From Selaginella moellendorffii (lineage: Eukaryota > Plantae > Lycopodiophyta), in contig NW_003314374.1 in the NCBI RefSeq assembly GCF_000143415.4, positions 145,225-209,224 on the forward strand: a stretch of 64,000 nt of DNA. Direction: 5' to 3'. A program made the translations under genes and the position numbers. Below, one piece after another: positions 23,437 to 37,749 of this stretch. Each line of letters opens with the position of its first letter. The stretch's first letter is position 1. The notes under the pieces are model-generated. The model was not told the DNA's origin. It was given only the letters and a program-made list of their open reading frames with translations, and did no database searches.

Positions 23437-26062
23437 ATGGATTCTCTGCTCGGCAAGTCGATTCTCGCGGCATTTCCTCGATCGCGATCGCAGGCGCTGG
23501 CGGATGCCGCGGCTCGGCCTTGCGCGGCGAAGGTGAGCAATGGCCAGCAGCCGGCATCGACGTCGTCCAGTGCTACGAATTCTGGAACGCTGCCGCTTCC
23601 GCCACGGTCTTCACTCCCCGGCCCGTTGAAATTTCTATGGTTTTCCAAGAATCAGGGTGAAATCTCGCCCAGCGATCCATTCTCGGTTGCCGAATCGCTG
23701 GAGACCAGCAATGCGAGCGGCGAGCTGCTGGTGGGATCGGACGCTGCCGACGAAAAAGTGATCGATCCAAACGGTAGGTCTTGGGCTCAGAATATTTGGG
23801 GATTGCGGGCTTTGATGGGGAGAAGCTCCATCGCGCAAGAAGAATCTGGAAGCGTGATGGTTGAGGACGACACCGCCATTCCACCGCCATCGTTACCGCC
23901 AAGGCAAGGTATTCCAGAATCCGAAAGTGGAAATTTAGAGCAAGAGAGAGCAGGGGCTCAATCGTGTCTGGAATGCGAGGTGGATGGCTGCTCGATTGAA
24001 AGCTCTTCGATGCTGGAAGTTCCTCACGTCCAAGTCTCTCACACCAGGGAATCCTTCTCCAAATTTTTGCAACCGGTGTCCTTGCGAGAGGCCAGAGTGA
24101 TCGCTCGAATGTCACACCTTTGCAACCTTGCGTATAGAGTCGGCGACATCGAGGTACGAAGCTCTCGCTAGATTTTCTTTCTTCTCTTTTGTCTTTTCTA
24201 TCCCCAACTAACTTGTGCCGTGTGCTCTTTCGCATTTTCCAGCCCAGTAATTTACTTCACACCCACGGCTTGGAATTCATGACTTCGTCTTTGGTCAAGA
24301 AAGAGGAAGCGCTGGCCAAAGAGCAAGCTTCTTCAGTTTCTTCCAATGAAAGCGAAGAAAGCGATGGAGGGTCCCCTCGTATTGGGCAGAGGTTTTCCAT
24401 ATCTCCAGCCTCGGCGTATTCAGTGGCGTCGGCTGTAGCATCTTACCTTCACTCGCAGACAACGTCGCTCCTTCGCCATAGAAAAAAAGTTAACGAGGCA
24501 GCTGGAGATGCACTTAAAGATCAGAGATTTGGAGCTGTGAATGGGGACGGGCAGGAGAAGGAGGCGGCGGATTATGAGTCGTCAGAGATGGCTACTTTAA
24601 TCGCCTCCTCGCCTGTGACTGCGGTGGTTGCTGCCAAAGAGGGCACAAAGGATGCAGTGGCCAAAGACTTGCAGTCCCTGCACAACTGCCCGTGTGAGTG
24701 GTACTGCTGCGACGACAGGAAGACTTCCACGCTACACTTTGTTATTCAGGTAATCCGCTTTTGATTTGTGCTAACAGGAGTTTTAGCTGGCATGTCTTCA
24801 ATCTCCAGGGATCCGAATCGCTGGCGTCCTGGCAAGCCAATTTGTTATTCGAGCCGACGCACTTCGAGGTCAGCTAACTCCATTTTCTATGTGTGGAGGG
24901 TGGTGTTTATTATTCTTTCGTTTGTGGACAGGATAGTAGCCTTGGTGTCTTCGTTCACAGGGGAATTTACGAAGCCGCGAAGGGACTTTATGAGCAGTTG
25001 CTGCCTTGCGTCCTCGAGCATCTACGCTTACATGGGGACCAAGCACGGCTTTGCTTTACAGGGCACTCTTTAGGAGGCAGCCTTGCTACGCTCGTGTTCC
25101 TAATGCTCCGGATTCGGGGGGTGGTGCAACGAGAAGCGTTGTTGCCTGTCTTGACTTTCGGCTCGCCATGCATCCTGTGTGGCGGCGATTACCTCCTCGA
25201 CAAGCTGGGCCTACCAAAAGATCACATTCGCTCAGTCATGCTACACCGCGACATTGTTCCCAGGACTTTTGCGTGTAACTATCCCGATCACGTCGCGGAG
25301 ATTCTCAAGAGATTAAACGGCAACTTTCGGGATCACCCGTGCCTCAACAACCAGGTAAGAAAACTTTTTTCTTCCTCGACATCTTTCTAGTCACACTCAA
25401 TACTGAACTTTGCGATGACACAGAAATTACTTTACGCGCCAATGGGCCAGTTTATACTCTTGCAACCCAGCGAGGACGTTGCCCCGCCGCATCCACTGTT
25501 ACCGCCGGGTCTAGGACTTTACGTGATGAGGCATCCGCGGGAAGGGAACTGTAGCAGCAAGGTAGAGTTTAGAGCAGCGCAGCGGGCCTTCCTCAACTCG
25601 CCACACCCGCTGGAGATCTTGAGCGACCCGGGTGCTTACGGCTCCGACGGGGCGATCTGCAGGGACCATGATCCACGGAGCTACATGAAGTGTATCACGG
25701 GCGCAGTGCGGCAGGAAGCCAAGAGGAGTAGACGATTGAAGCGGCAGCAGCGGCGGGGACTTTGGTGGCCTCTTATCACGGCGGAGTTGTCATCCATGTT
25801 TAGAGACGGTGGTGGTGGTGGTGGTGGTGGACAGGATAGAACTTTTTTAGTTCCAGGAACCACAACAGCAGGAAGAGGGGCAGTGGTTCTTTCCGGATCG
25901 TCGGCGCCGGGGCCAAGTGTGGTGGCGGCGGAGAGATTCTACGCGGGTGTTGTTCGTGGGATCCACGAGCACAGGAGGCAGGGTCAGGTGGTTCTTCTAT
26001 TCTTTTTCTCGGTGAAGCTGGCGCTCATGCAAGGCTTTGCTGCGTTCTTCGCTTGGGTGTAG
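23437..26062 (+). CDS. PLIP: Class 3 lipase, PLIP-type plastid phospholipase A1, multi-exon
   Basis: [38 protein letters not shown], catalytic [33 protein letters not shown]. Confidence 0.9.
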
Positions 26063-27326
26063 TCGAGGTCGAGGACTCCGTTCCGGCGAGCTCCAGAGGA
26101 AGAACGGAGGAAGTGTCATCTTTTTGGATTGGAAGAAATTCCAATCGCGGGGATAGAACTTCTCTTTTAGGAGAAATCCAATCCCTTGGGGATAGAAACT
26201 TTGAGGAGGGCATTTTTTGTACAAACATTGGGGTGTAAATATTACTGTCGGCATCGATTTATTCTATTTATCTCGTTACCTGAAATGGCGAAGAACACGG
26301 CACGCAAGTGTATAAATGTTGGGGGGAGTGTCCAACCGAGTAGTTGTTGTCGTGCAGCTTTTGGGATACATTTCTTCGGACGTGAGCATCGCAATGCAAT
26401 GCGGCAAAGGACACGTGGACATTAAAAAAACAATTTTATTTATTTGTTTTTAGAAAAACCACATGACGAAGAAGACAAGGACCATGGACAAATAGATAAT
26501 GTTCCCGTACAAAATCTCCTCGTGTTTTTCCCATTTGATCTCTCTTTTGGGGATTTTTAGCTTTAAATTCTAGTGGAATGGGATGGCTCTGTCAACCACC
26601 AGCAGTTGCAAAGCTGAGAAGAAAACAATGGAAAAAAAAGCTTCTTTTAGTCCATCAGGATCAGCAAAAGAAAAGAGAGTGATCGATCGATCGAGCGATC
26701 AATCGCGCAAGTCGTATAGAGCATGAAAGTAGTAGAGAATAGATTGATTCGTAAGTTACTATACAGTCATGTTATAAAAGTGGAAGCAACGCAGGAGCCG
26801 AGGGAGAGAGCTATACAAAAAAAAAATCCACTCACTGCCTTTCTTTACTTCATCTTCTCTCGATCCCGGAGCTAAAAAAGAGAGGGAGGAGAAAAACAAA
26901 GGAGAAAACAAAGCTGACGAACATGGAGGCACAAGCCGCGAAGAGAGAGAGAGAGAGAGAGAGATAAGAAAGATGGAAATGGAGGGAGACTCGCGAAACA
27001 AAGGATATAATACATTACCACCACCGCCGCGCCGCCACCGTCGCCGCATCGATCACCACCACCATCGCCGCCTCCACAAAGTAAAGCTTGTTCTCGTCTC
27101 TTCTTCGTTGGCTCCGTGTCTCACTTCCAAGTGCTCTAAAAACTCTGCTGCTTTTGCTCTCGTCACTGTGATGAACTGAGGAAAACTCCTGCTGCTCTGC
27201 CGGTTGATGAAACTCTCACTTCTCTTTTCTTTTCTTATGTCTGTCGGTCGAAGAAATCCTCCCCTCTCTGCCGTGCGACCGGGAGGAACTTTTCCCTTTC
27301 TTTTCTCCTTGTTTGCTCGTCTTGAA

Positions 27327-28447
27327 TCACGGACTCCTGGAGGCCAAAGTTAGGTGCTCGACGCTTGTCTGCAGCGCAAGCCTCTCCGACACATCCGCCA
27401 ATGATTTGAGGTTGCACTTGATCACTGTCTCCACGAAGAAACATGTGTCCTCCTTACTGTTCCCTTCGGGAGTGTCCACAACGTACGACTCGATCGCCAA
27501 TGTCCCGGGCCTACCGTTGATCATCTCGGAGTGGAGCGTGATTATAGACCAGTAATTCTGAAAGAAAAGATCCACTGCTGTGAGATGATGATGAAAGATA
27601 GCATTCACGAGCTGTAGAAAAAGGAAAATCCAGCCGACACTGTGCGAGTGAAGCGAGGGAGATAACGAAGCGATAAGAAAAATAGTTTAAGAGAAAAAGA
27701 AAACAAGAGGAAACTTCGAGAAACTTTGGATGAGATGGGATAGATGGGAAGACCAATTCGAAAAGAAAAGCGAGAGCGAGAGAAAGAAGAAAAGTGTACC
27801 TTGAGTCGATGATCTCCTCCAAGGATCCGGTAACTAAAGATGTGCTCCTCCTCGTCCAGGATCTCCAGCCTCTCGGTGCTGCTCGTGGCTGGAAGCCCCG
27901 TTACCACATTCACGTTTCGGATGCTCCCGACTTTGCCATCGCCATTCACAGTGCAGCTCTGGATGAATCTCTTGTAGCCTTGCGGTTGGTCAAATCTCCG
28001 GACGAGCGACCACACCTGCGCAAGAACAAAAGAGAGAAAAATCTCAGCTAGAGAGTAAGATCAAGCGCTCTTGGTTGTGAGAAATCGAGAGAGATAGGTG
28101 TTTGGGAGGTGACAAGAAGTCGAGAGATCGCAAAGAATGGATGCTTGGATGCTTGGTTGTGAGTAATCGAGAGAGCTACACCCTTTGGAAGAAAGAGGAG
28201 TTTGTTAGATCACTAGAATGCAAGAAAGCAAGCAATGTACTACACAGATTTCACGAATCTCGCACCAAATTCCTAGAACAGCACGATCTCCTAGCAAATT
28301 CCTAGCGAGGAGAGTGAGTGGGCTTACCAGCTGCACGGGCGCATTGATGCGTTTGATGAGGATGGATCCACACTGATACTCTTGCATCTCGTGCTTGTGG
28401 TAGCGCCATATGTGCTCCTCCTCCCTAGACAATGCGTTGCTGCTCAT
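27327..28447 (-). CDS. PYL: PYR/PYL/RCAR abscisic acid receptor (PYL8/9-like subfamily), 3 exons
   Basis: [14 protein letters not shown], gate [13 protein letters not shown], latch [32 protein letters not shown]. Confidence 0.95.
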
Positions 28448-28546
28448 CTCATCGATCGATCGATCCCTTCCCCTGCTAGAGCGGCTAGAGCTCTCACTCG
28501 CTCGTTCGATTAGAACCCTAGAAAACCAAAAGGGAAGAAAAAAACG

Positions 28547-28568
28547 AGAGAGAGAGAGAGAGAGAGAG
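28547..28568. repeat. (AG)n microsatellite in the PYL leader/promoter
   Basis: GAGAGA run. Confidence 0.8.
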
Positions 28569-29414
28569 GGTAAAAAAAAACAGAAGAGCAATTTTCGTGG
28601 ATAATAAAAACTTTCCAGGTAACACCTGTATCAGATGTTACCGCTCCCACGAAACGACCTATACGGTCCCACGCGCATCAAAGAGTAGAAAGTCGCCTTC
28701 CCCAGCCAGGGGGAATATTCCCCACCTCGCGGAAAAGAATAATTTCGTGCTTGGCTTTTCAGGCCCATCAAGAGCTTCACATGCTTCCCTTGTGCACTGC
28801 CTTTCACGCTTCTTTCCTTGGAAGCTACCTCCTTTAGAAATAAACTTAACTTCTTCTTCATCCATTTGCTTCTTCCATTTTGGAGATCTCGATCGATTCA
28901 ATAGCTTCATCGATTCTATGGTCGCTGAGAGCTTGGTCGATTCAAAGATCACGGGGCAAGGAGAAACTCTTCGCATAAGAAACCAAAGTTAAAAGTTTCC
29001 AGTCAAAAAACCAAGCTGAAGCGTTCTTTCAAACTTGACACAGTAGCTCGCGAGCGATTGTCTCGGTCAAAACCTCGAGTCTGGGATTAATAAACAAAAG
29101 CAAAGCTTTCTCTACACAAGCTGGAGCTTACCTTGCAGCTAAGTATGACTTTGAGGACGATGAAAGACGACGAACGATCCATTCTTCGAGGCTGTCCACG
29201 CATGAGATCGCTTGGGGCCAACCAGATCCTTCCGCAGGCCGCTTTCAGCCACCCCCCTCATCTATGTGAATTCGTCAATTCCTTTTTTCCTTTGTGTCGT
29301 TATCCCTGGAAGAGTTTGGTAAGTGAAGTATGCGTTCCTTCGAAGGGGGAACAATAAAAGGTATGAAAGGGAAGGAGCTTACCAGCTTTTATTTGTTTCT
29401 TTTCTTGCGAACAC

Positions 29415-30348
29415 TTAGACCCTGGAGCTCGCAAACCTCTTCTCGAAAAGCCTGCGCAGTAAATAGACTTGGAGCAGGCTTGCAGAGATCAAGGCCGCGG
29501 ACTCCACCACGGCTTTATAAACCACTCGCTTGCTCATTGCGTTGTTCACTGCAAGCACCATAAAACCGGAGCCGAGTCCAAACACGAGCCAGTCAGTCAG
29601 TCCCCTTGGACGGGAAACAGAGAACAAAAACGAATTTAAGAGCCAAGCGACAATGCACTTACAGACGGATTGACGCTCAGTCTGAGCTTGCAGCCAGTGC
29701 TGCTCGAAAGAAACACTGTAGAGAGCCTCCTCAAGTCTCGCGATCTGTCCCATCAGTGGGTCAATGTGGTCTGCAAAGCAACGAGCGTGACCAAAAGTTC
29801 ATGAAAAAAAAAAAGAGAGAATTTTGTTCTTACCATCCTTTGCATGATCGTCCGGCGGGGGAAAGTGGCCAACGTAAACGTCGAAAGCAATGGTTTCGTG
29901 AACTGGAGAGAGGTTGTGGAAGCAAAACTTGTAGAGGCCTTTGCTATGTGCCACAAACTGGCCCTTTTCCTCGGGCTTGTTGCGAACATCATAGGCTTGA
30001 ATGCCTCCAGGCCCCTCGACCTGGCCAAAGAACACAAAAAAGAACCATAAGACTTTGCTGTGATCCATGAAAAAAAAATCCAAGCACTGCTTCTTCTAAG
30101 CTAGAGATTTCCTTCCTGTGCTAGACGATTACCACTAGATCCACGCCGGCTTGCTCGAATGCCCAGGTACTGTCCGATTTGACCACCACGTACGAGACAT
30201 GGACCAAATCGCCGTCATACTCCACCGGATGAGCGAAGCACTCCTTCCTGTCGATCACGAATCGCAGCGCCTGTGCGGAGGTCGCCGAGAGGAGAAGAAT
30301 TGAGAGAGCCAGCGGCAGCAGCGGCAGCGCCATCGTGAATCGCGCCAT
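29415..30348 (-). CDS. p24/emp24/gp25L (GOLD domain) cargo receptor, beta-type, multi-exon
   Basis: Signal peptide, LRFVIDRKECF, GLYKFCFHN, coiled coil LEEALYSV.FEQHWL, C-terminal TM helix and tail LFEKRFASSRV*. Confidence 0.9.
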
Positions 30349-30404
30349 GATCTCTCCTATAAACCCTAAATAGGGTTCTAATGGGCCAAACGCGCTTCTT
30401 TTCT

Positions 30405-30858
30405 TTAGTTTTTTCTCTTCGCCTCGATCCAGGGATCCGGCTCCTGGCCAAATCCGCTGCTCGGATCTTCCCAATTCTCGCGCGAATCACCGTCGGCCCT
30501 GCGGCTGCCGTGCTGCGCGATGTATTCCTTCATCCAATCCTGCCTCTTCTTCTCGTGCTCTTCGATGCCGAAGATTATGTCGAGCATCGTCCCGGTGGTG
30601 CCGTAGATGAGCAGTGGCGCCAGCGATTTGCGTTTCATTCCCACTGGAATCGCGGCAAGCGCCCCCACAACCGAGAAGAGCCACCAGCTGCGAGGTAGTA
30701 GCAGAGATTTTCAGCAAATGTGGCTTCAAATCGATCGATCTCTACCTGCGAAATGGAACCTCCTTGTCAAGATCGATCTCCGGAGGGAGCTGATCCAGAA
30801 GCTCCTCGATCTCCCTCTGCTTTTGGCGGCTCCTCTCGGTGCCCAACACGCTCCCCAT
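30405..30858 (-). CDS. Small conserved plant membrane protein of unknown function, 2 exons
   Basis: MGSVLGTERSRQ..EVPFR | WWLFSVVGALAAIPVGMKRKSLAPLLIYGTTGTMLDIIFG; the GT-AG intron keeps the frame. Confidence 0.7.
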
Positions 30859-31050
30859 TGCTCCCTAAAACCCTAGCAATCCCCCCAAGGATTTTTGAAA
30901 GCTTCTAAGATGAACGGAGGAGATTAATATTTCACGTACACAAGCCAATGTACACGTTCCCTCTCTCGTGTTCTTCTCATGGTACTCGAGCCATACTCGA
31001 GCCACCATTGCGAGCGAGGAAACTGTCGATCGATCCATCGAATGGAGCGA

Positions 31051-34000
31051 TCAAGCCGATTGTGGAACCAGCTGCTCGGCGATGGTTTCATCGCTGAATG
31101 CTTCGTTTGCTTCCGGCGTGTCTTCCTCGCTGGGCGGAACGAGCTGCCAGAACTTTGGAAGAAATGCGTCCCAGTTTTGGAGAATATGGATTGCTCTGCT
31201 GCTCCCAGTCTTGTCCTGCGTAGCGCGACGAAAACAATGAGAAAAACCATTCCAGTACCTTGTAAAACAAGAGTAAAGAGTGTTCTCTCTTCTTACCACA
31301 TGAGCTTGGATCAGTCGACGAAGCTGGACTTGTCCCGCGGGAGCGGTCACTCTTTGCATCCTTACAATCTCTTTGTTCACCTGTTAAGTTTGAAAGAGAA
31401 CTTAGAACGGCGAATCCAGAAAGTTCTTCACTCGTGTACCTTTGGGGTGAGCGTGTCATCTTCGTCCAGGAAATATGCCAAGCCACCGGTCATACCAGCA
31501 CCGACGTTTCGGCCAACTCTGCCCGACGAAACGTTAAAACACGAAAGAGAAAAGAAAAGTTTGTTTTTCTTACTTTCCGAGAGAGACTACGCAGCCTCCA
31601 GTCATGTACTCGCAGCAGTGATCCCCGGCACCTTCCACAACAGCCTCCGCGCGGCTGTTTCGAACCGCAAATCGTTCGCCAGCCTTCCCGCGTGCATAGA
31701 ACTGGCCTCCAGTAGCTCCATAGAGGCATGTATTGCCAATGATTGTGGAGTCCTCAGGCACGAAGCCGGTCTTCTCGGGTGGAGTAATAACTAGCTCCCC
31801 GCCAGCCATTCCCTGAAACAAAACATTTTCTTTCTTCTTTTGAATGATAGAAGAGAAAAGTCAGTAAGTCACCTTGCCAACGTAGTCATTAGATTCTCCA
31901 ATAAGCCGGATGTTCATCCCCGGAGTCAAGAAACACCCAAAGGATTGGCCTGCGCTGCCAATAAATCTACGCAGAAAACGCATGTGTGAGAGATAATTCG
32001 AAAGCACGCATACATGCGCACTTACGTTATGTTCAACTGTCCAGCGAAACCAGTGTCGCCGTAAGCTTTGGCGATGGAGCCTGCAATTCGTCCACAGACT
32101 GCACGATCGACATTATAGATCTTGAATGTCTTGGATATCGTCTTCTCGTCAGCGATTGCCTCCGAGATCTGAAGCATGCAAGCGTTATATACAGTGTAAA
32201 GATGATAACAAATGATGATAACAGATACTACCTCAGGATCAGCCAACACCACATCGTCAAGTACAGGTCCGTTGGTATGAACATTTTGACGCCTTATTTG
32301 GGTGCTTGAAAGCTTTGGCAACCCAGCGTTCTGTAATGCACGAACTTACAGCGAGCGAAAGGGTACAAAATAGAAAGAATACCGATAGCAAGTAACTCAA
32401 GTCGAGTAGTCGCGTTTTTACGAGGGGAACATGTCTTGGTTGCAAAAGCTCCGTTCTTCCAATGACGTCGTCGAGCTTTTCATAGCCAAGATGAGCAAGC
32501 AGGCCCCGCACCTATTTATAAAAAATGATGAGAGTATGGACCAAATACAATCCATTACCAAAGAAAACTCCTACCTCTTCAGCAACGTACAAGAAGAAAT
32601 TACAAAGATCATTTGGTACTCCGGGAAATCGAGCACGCAACTCTTCCCTCTACGCATTGTTTAGAAAAGCTTCATCAAAAGAAAATAATCACGTCCTGAA
32701 GAAAGTTACCTGACTAGCAACACCAACTGGGCAATTGTTGGTATGACAGATACGAGCCATGATGCATCCCGTTGCTATCATCGCTACCGATCCAAATCCA
32801 TATTCATCAGCTCCCATAGCAGCAGCCATCAAAACATCCATGCCGCTTTTAAATCCACCATCGACACGAAGAACAACTCGTTCCCGAAGCCCATTCAACA
32901 AGAGAGCCTGACGGAGAAAGAACAAGAAATAAAGAGCTTAAATTCAAGAAAGTTTGAAAAGTTTGTTCGAACTGCACCTGTTGTGTCTCTGTCAACCCGA
33001 GTTCCCAAGGGCCCCCGGCATGCTTTATTGAGCTGATTGGACTGGCCCCAGTTCCACCGTCGTGTCCAGATATCTAAAGACAAAACGTAAGTTGGCAACA
33101 AAGGTTGAAACAAATTGAAACGCACCTGTATAATGTCTGCATTAGCCTTGGCAACACCGCTTGCTACAGTGCCAATACCCGCCTCTGCAACAAGCTTCAC
33201 AGATACTTTGGCACGGGGATTCACCTGTCAACACAATGCATGAGAAGCGGAACGACAAATGTCGAACACGTACCTGATGAAGGTCAAAAATTAGCTGTGC
33301 TAGATCCTCGATTGAGTAGATATCGTGATGGGGAGGAGGAGAAATAAGTGGCACACCAGGTTTGGAGTTTCGCAGGACAGCAATGTAAGTACTAACTTTC
33401 TTTCCAGGCAATTGGCCACCTTCCCCGGGCTTAGCACCTTGTGCAATCTTAATTTCGAGCTGGTCCGCATTCGCCAAAAACGTTGGCGTGACACCAAAGC
33501 GTCCAGACGCAACCTTAACACCCGAATACCAGTTTAAATGAGATCTCTGAAAACGACTGCGCACCTGTTTGATCACACTTGTCGCGGTATCCCCATTTTG
33601 CAATCCTCTAAGATGTGGTAATGTCGGCGAATAACCATCCACTACGTCCGTCAAATGCCTCCAGCGTACAGGATCCTGAAACGACAATTGGTATTCCACC
33701 ATAAAAGAACGAAAATATACCTCGCCTCCTTCGCCCGAATTTGATTTGCCACCTAGCCTGTTCATTGCAATTGCAATCACCTCGTGTGTTTCCCTCGAAA
33801 TAGCTCCTAGGGACATGCCTCCAGTACAGAAGCGTTCCACGATACTGGTGGCAGGTTCCACTCTTGACAGTGCAATGGGTTCTCTGTCGCTTTTTAAAGT
33901 AAGGAGATCCCGAAGAACCTGTAAATCAAGTTGGGACGCTCAAGAAAATGATTCTGAACAGAAACACCAGACTACTCACATTTACAGGGCGGTCACTCAG

Positions 34001-37000
34001 GTGGTTTTGATATACAGCATACGCGCTCTCATTCTTCTCACGGACTGCTTTGTGAAGAAGCTTCGACATCTCTGGGTTATTTCCGTGATATTCGGCTGGA
34101 ACAAAAGAATGTTAGAACAAACAATAATTTCATATTCAAACATTACCCCCATTTCTAAACTGAATAAATCCATAGTTTTCGAGTTTTTTGGCTCCTTCGT
34201 CCGACAAGCCTTTGGCCCAAAATGATACAGATTCACGAGCGAGCTAAATTGCGTAAAGCATCCTTTTAGTTAAGTAGGGAAAAATAAAGCAAACAACGAG
34301 CCAATCAAATACCTCATCTAAAGTCACTCCTCCTATACGTGAGACGCTTCCCCTAAACGCGGTATCTACAACTTCTTTTCCAAGGCCATAAATTTCAAAA
34401 ATTTGTGCTCCACAGTAGCTGCAAGAACGATTAAGCGTTAATACGAAAATATCTTGTGGAAGTCTTAACGAACAAACCTTGATAGAAGAGAAATTCCCAT
34501 CTTCGAAAGAATTTTTAACAGGCCAGCTCTAACCGCCTGGTACTACAATGTTAGTATACATGTGTTAACAAGACAAAGATCTTCACCTTGCGAAAATTCT
34601 GCTGCGCCTGTTCTATTGTCACGGTGGGTATTTTACCATTTTTCATCAGCCCAACAGTTCTGTTGCTCAGACGCCATTGCCTACACGTTTCTAAGGCCAA
34701 ATAAGGACAAATTGCACTGCAACAGGTTTAACAAGTTTAGAGTGATAAAAGAAGACAAAAGCAGAATGCGCAACATTACCTGGCACCATAGCCAACAAGG
34801 CATGCAAAATGGTGTGTACTGAAACATTGAGCAGTATCAGCAATAAGAGATGCTGAAGTGCGAAGTCCGTTCTGAATAAGGTGGTGGTGTACTGCTCCTA
34901 CCGCAAGCAGCATCGGTATGGCAGGCTTAGTGGCTACCTGCACTTCAAACGAGCGTTTAATACCTAACACTTTAGCCACTATGGAGACAAGCATACCAGG
35001 TCATTTGCTCTGTCGCTCAAAATCAAAAGCTGTGATCCTCCACGTACAGCCTCATCAGCAACTTCACACAGCTTGTCCAGTGCAGAAGAAAGTGATCCTT
35101 CGAGTCCATTACTAATGTCAAAGAACGTTGGAATTGTCGAAGCCTTCAAAACTGGATCCGTCTTCAAAGTTTCGAGCTCTCCTTCGTTCAATACCGGGCT
35201 CAGTAACTTCAGCTGCACATGCAAGACAATAGCCGGATGATTAAACTGCAACTATAACCCGCACCTGAGCAGCATTCTCAGCTTTTGGTTCCAGAATGTT
35301 TTCTCGCTTCCCAATATTGACGTCAAGAGACATCACAAGTCCCTCCCGTAAAGGATCAATAGCAGGATTTGTTACCTGCCAAAAATTAATCTTTATGTCC
35401 ATCCAAAGCCAATAGCTCTAGTTACCTGAGCGAATCTTTGCTTGAAATAGTCATACAGCATATGACCTCTCTGAGACAGAACAGCCAGAGGGATATCGTC
35501 CCCCATACAAAACGTCGGCTCTTTGCCTTGCGATGCCATGTTTTCTATAACCATTTGGACATCCTCAGATGAATACCCAAATGCCCTGAAATTTAAAGAC
35601 ATGAGCACATGTAAACCAGCATAAAACAATAAACGGCTTACTGTTGTCTCTGAAGGAGCTTATCAGTGTCCATAAACGGTTCAGCTGAAAATTTACAAAC
35701 GGGAAGACTACGGCTTTTCTCATCCAGCCATTGGCGATAAGGATGTGAAAGAGCGACCCTCTTTTTCACCTCCGTATTTTCGGATACCTGTAGTAGCTTC
35801 ATCACGTTATTACAAATGCAAAGCATGTTCTTCTTCTTGCCTTTCCAGAGTTCAAGTCTATGGCTATCATCATCCCAGGGCCTAAACGACCTTTAGAGAT
35901 GATATCAGAATCCGGAATCGGGAGAACGCCCACCTATGTAAGGACATGGTTGTAGTTCTCGTCAAGTATAGCTAAAGGTAACGTGCTTCCATACCTCAGA
36001 AGCGACATACAGCATTCCATCCTTCGTTTCCCAATATCGAGCAGGACGGAGCCCGTTTCGATCAAGGCAAGCACCAACCGTCCTCCCATCACTTCAAATA
36101 CATACGTTAAGGAACGTCTTCCTTTGAAAAAAATTAGCTTGTACCTGAAAAGGAGCAATGCAGGTCCGTCCCATGCTTCCATCTGGCCTGTGTAATACTC
36201 GTAAAAGTCAATAACCTGGTACAGACCGGAGAAATAAGTAACAAATCAGCTGCTGTTGGCATAACAAACCTCCGGATACTTGATGGACAGTGTAGGGTGA
36301 TTTTTGTAAGCCTCTGGAACGAGCATCATCAGAGTTGCTTCCGGGGTTCGTCCGCTCCTCATTAAAAGCTGAGATAGATTACTTTTAGAGGCTGTTCAGT
36401 TCGAAATAAATAGCATACTTACTTCAGCAGCCATGTCAAGGTTGGCCGAATCAGAAGCCCTGGGATTTCCAAAAGGTCGAAGTTCCTCCTCTCTCCCCCG
36501 CCAGACGGCACATTTTAGAGAGGCCTCTCTTGAACGCATCCAGTTAAGATTGCCCTTCGCAGCTATCACTGTAAGATGAAGATTCACGACGCTCAGAAAG
36601 CGCTGCTTACCTGAAGTGTGTTGATCTCTCCGTTATGTCCCAAGAATCTCATCGGTTGAGCTAGTGGCCATTTCGGGTTGGTGTTTGTGCTGTACCGTCT
36701 GTGATAAATCGCAAAAGTTGATGTAAAGCTCTTCTCGCGGAGGTCCAAGTAAAACTGGCCAAGGACTTCCGACCGCAACATTCCCTTGTAAACGATGGTC
36801 TGAGCAGACAGGGAACAAAAGTAGCACTCGTCCCCCCATGCTTCTCCTTCGATTTCCCGTTCGACCAGCTTTCTCGATATATACAGCTCCCTTTCAACAT
36901 CCTCCACCGTACTCTCGCCACTGACCTTGACAAACACCTGTTCAATTGTTGGAAGGGCCATTTTCGCGTAGTATCCGACGACTGAAACGTCAACTGGAAC

Positions 37001-37749
37001 TTTTCGCCATCCCAGAATCTCGAGGCCTTCACGATTGAAGACTTTGCAGATAGCTAGAAACGAAACCCGAAAAAAAAATACCGAGAGAAAGTCAACTATA
37101 AGATGTCGCTCAAATCCTATGAAATTCACTCACCTTCTTTGGCAGCGATGGCCGACGCTTCGTCTCGTGGAAGAAAAACCATTCCCACTCCAGAGTTGGA
37201 CTGATCGGGCAAAGGGAATCCTTGCTCCTGAAACCAGCTGTTAAGCATGTCCCAAGGAATTCTCGTCATTAAACCGGCACCATCTCCAGAATCGCTATCG
37301 GCACCACAGCCGCCGCGATGCTCCATGCAGCCAAGGGCTGTCAGTGCATCCTCGATAACTTTGTGAGAGGACTCTTGCTTGGTGCTGGCTATAAACCCCA
37401 CGCCACACGCATCGCGTTCCGCTAGGATGTCTTCTAGATCGGCCACCTAGAATTTCATCCATGAAAGTTTTGCTAGAAGAGAAAATTCGCGTACCTGGAA
37501 GCGTGATGGCGAAGAATCCCTGCTTTTGAGAGACTGTGCGCGAGTGGAGCCATCGGGAAGAGCCTGCGCCCATGCCCGATATCGATTGTCGCAGGGATTA
37601 TGGAGAAATCGTCGTTGCAATCCACCGAATGCTGAAAACCTGGTCCTGGCGGCGATAGCAATCGAGCTCGAGCGCCCGGCGGCAGCTCCACGAGAATCTT
37701 GGAACCTGGAAACGTAGAGAGTAGGGCTATTTGCCAGATACACAGCCAT
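31051..37749 (-). CDS. GLU1: Ferredoxin-dependent glutamate synthase (Fd-GOGAT), ~30 exons
   Basis: Transit peptide, [106 protein letters not shown]. Confidence 0.97.

Noticed and set aside
26600-27300. Possible pri-miRNA/lncRNA downstream of PYL
   Set aside because: Only (AG)n and CCA/CCG low complexity; no convincing hairpin or known miRNA.
30979-31794. 271-aa + strand ORF
   Set aside because: Antisense to GLU exons and introns; no domain signal.
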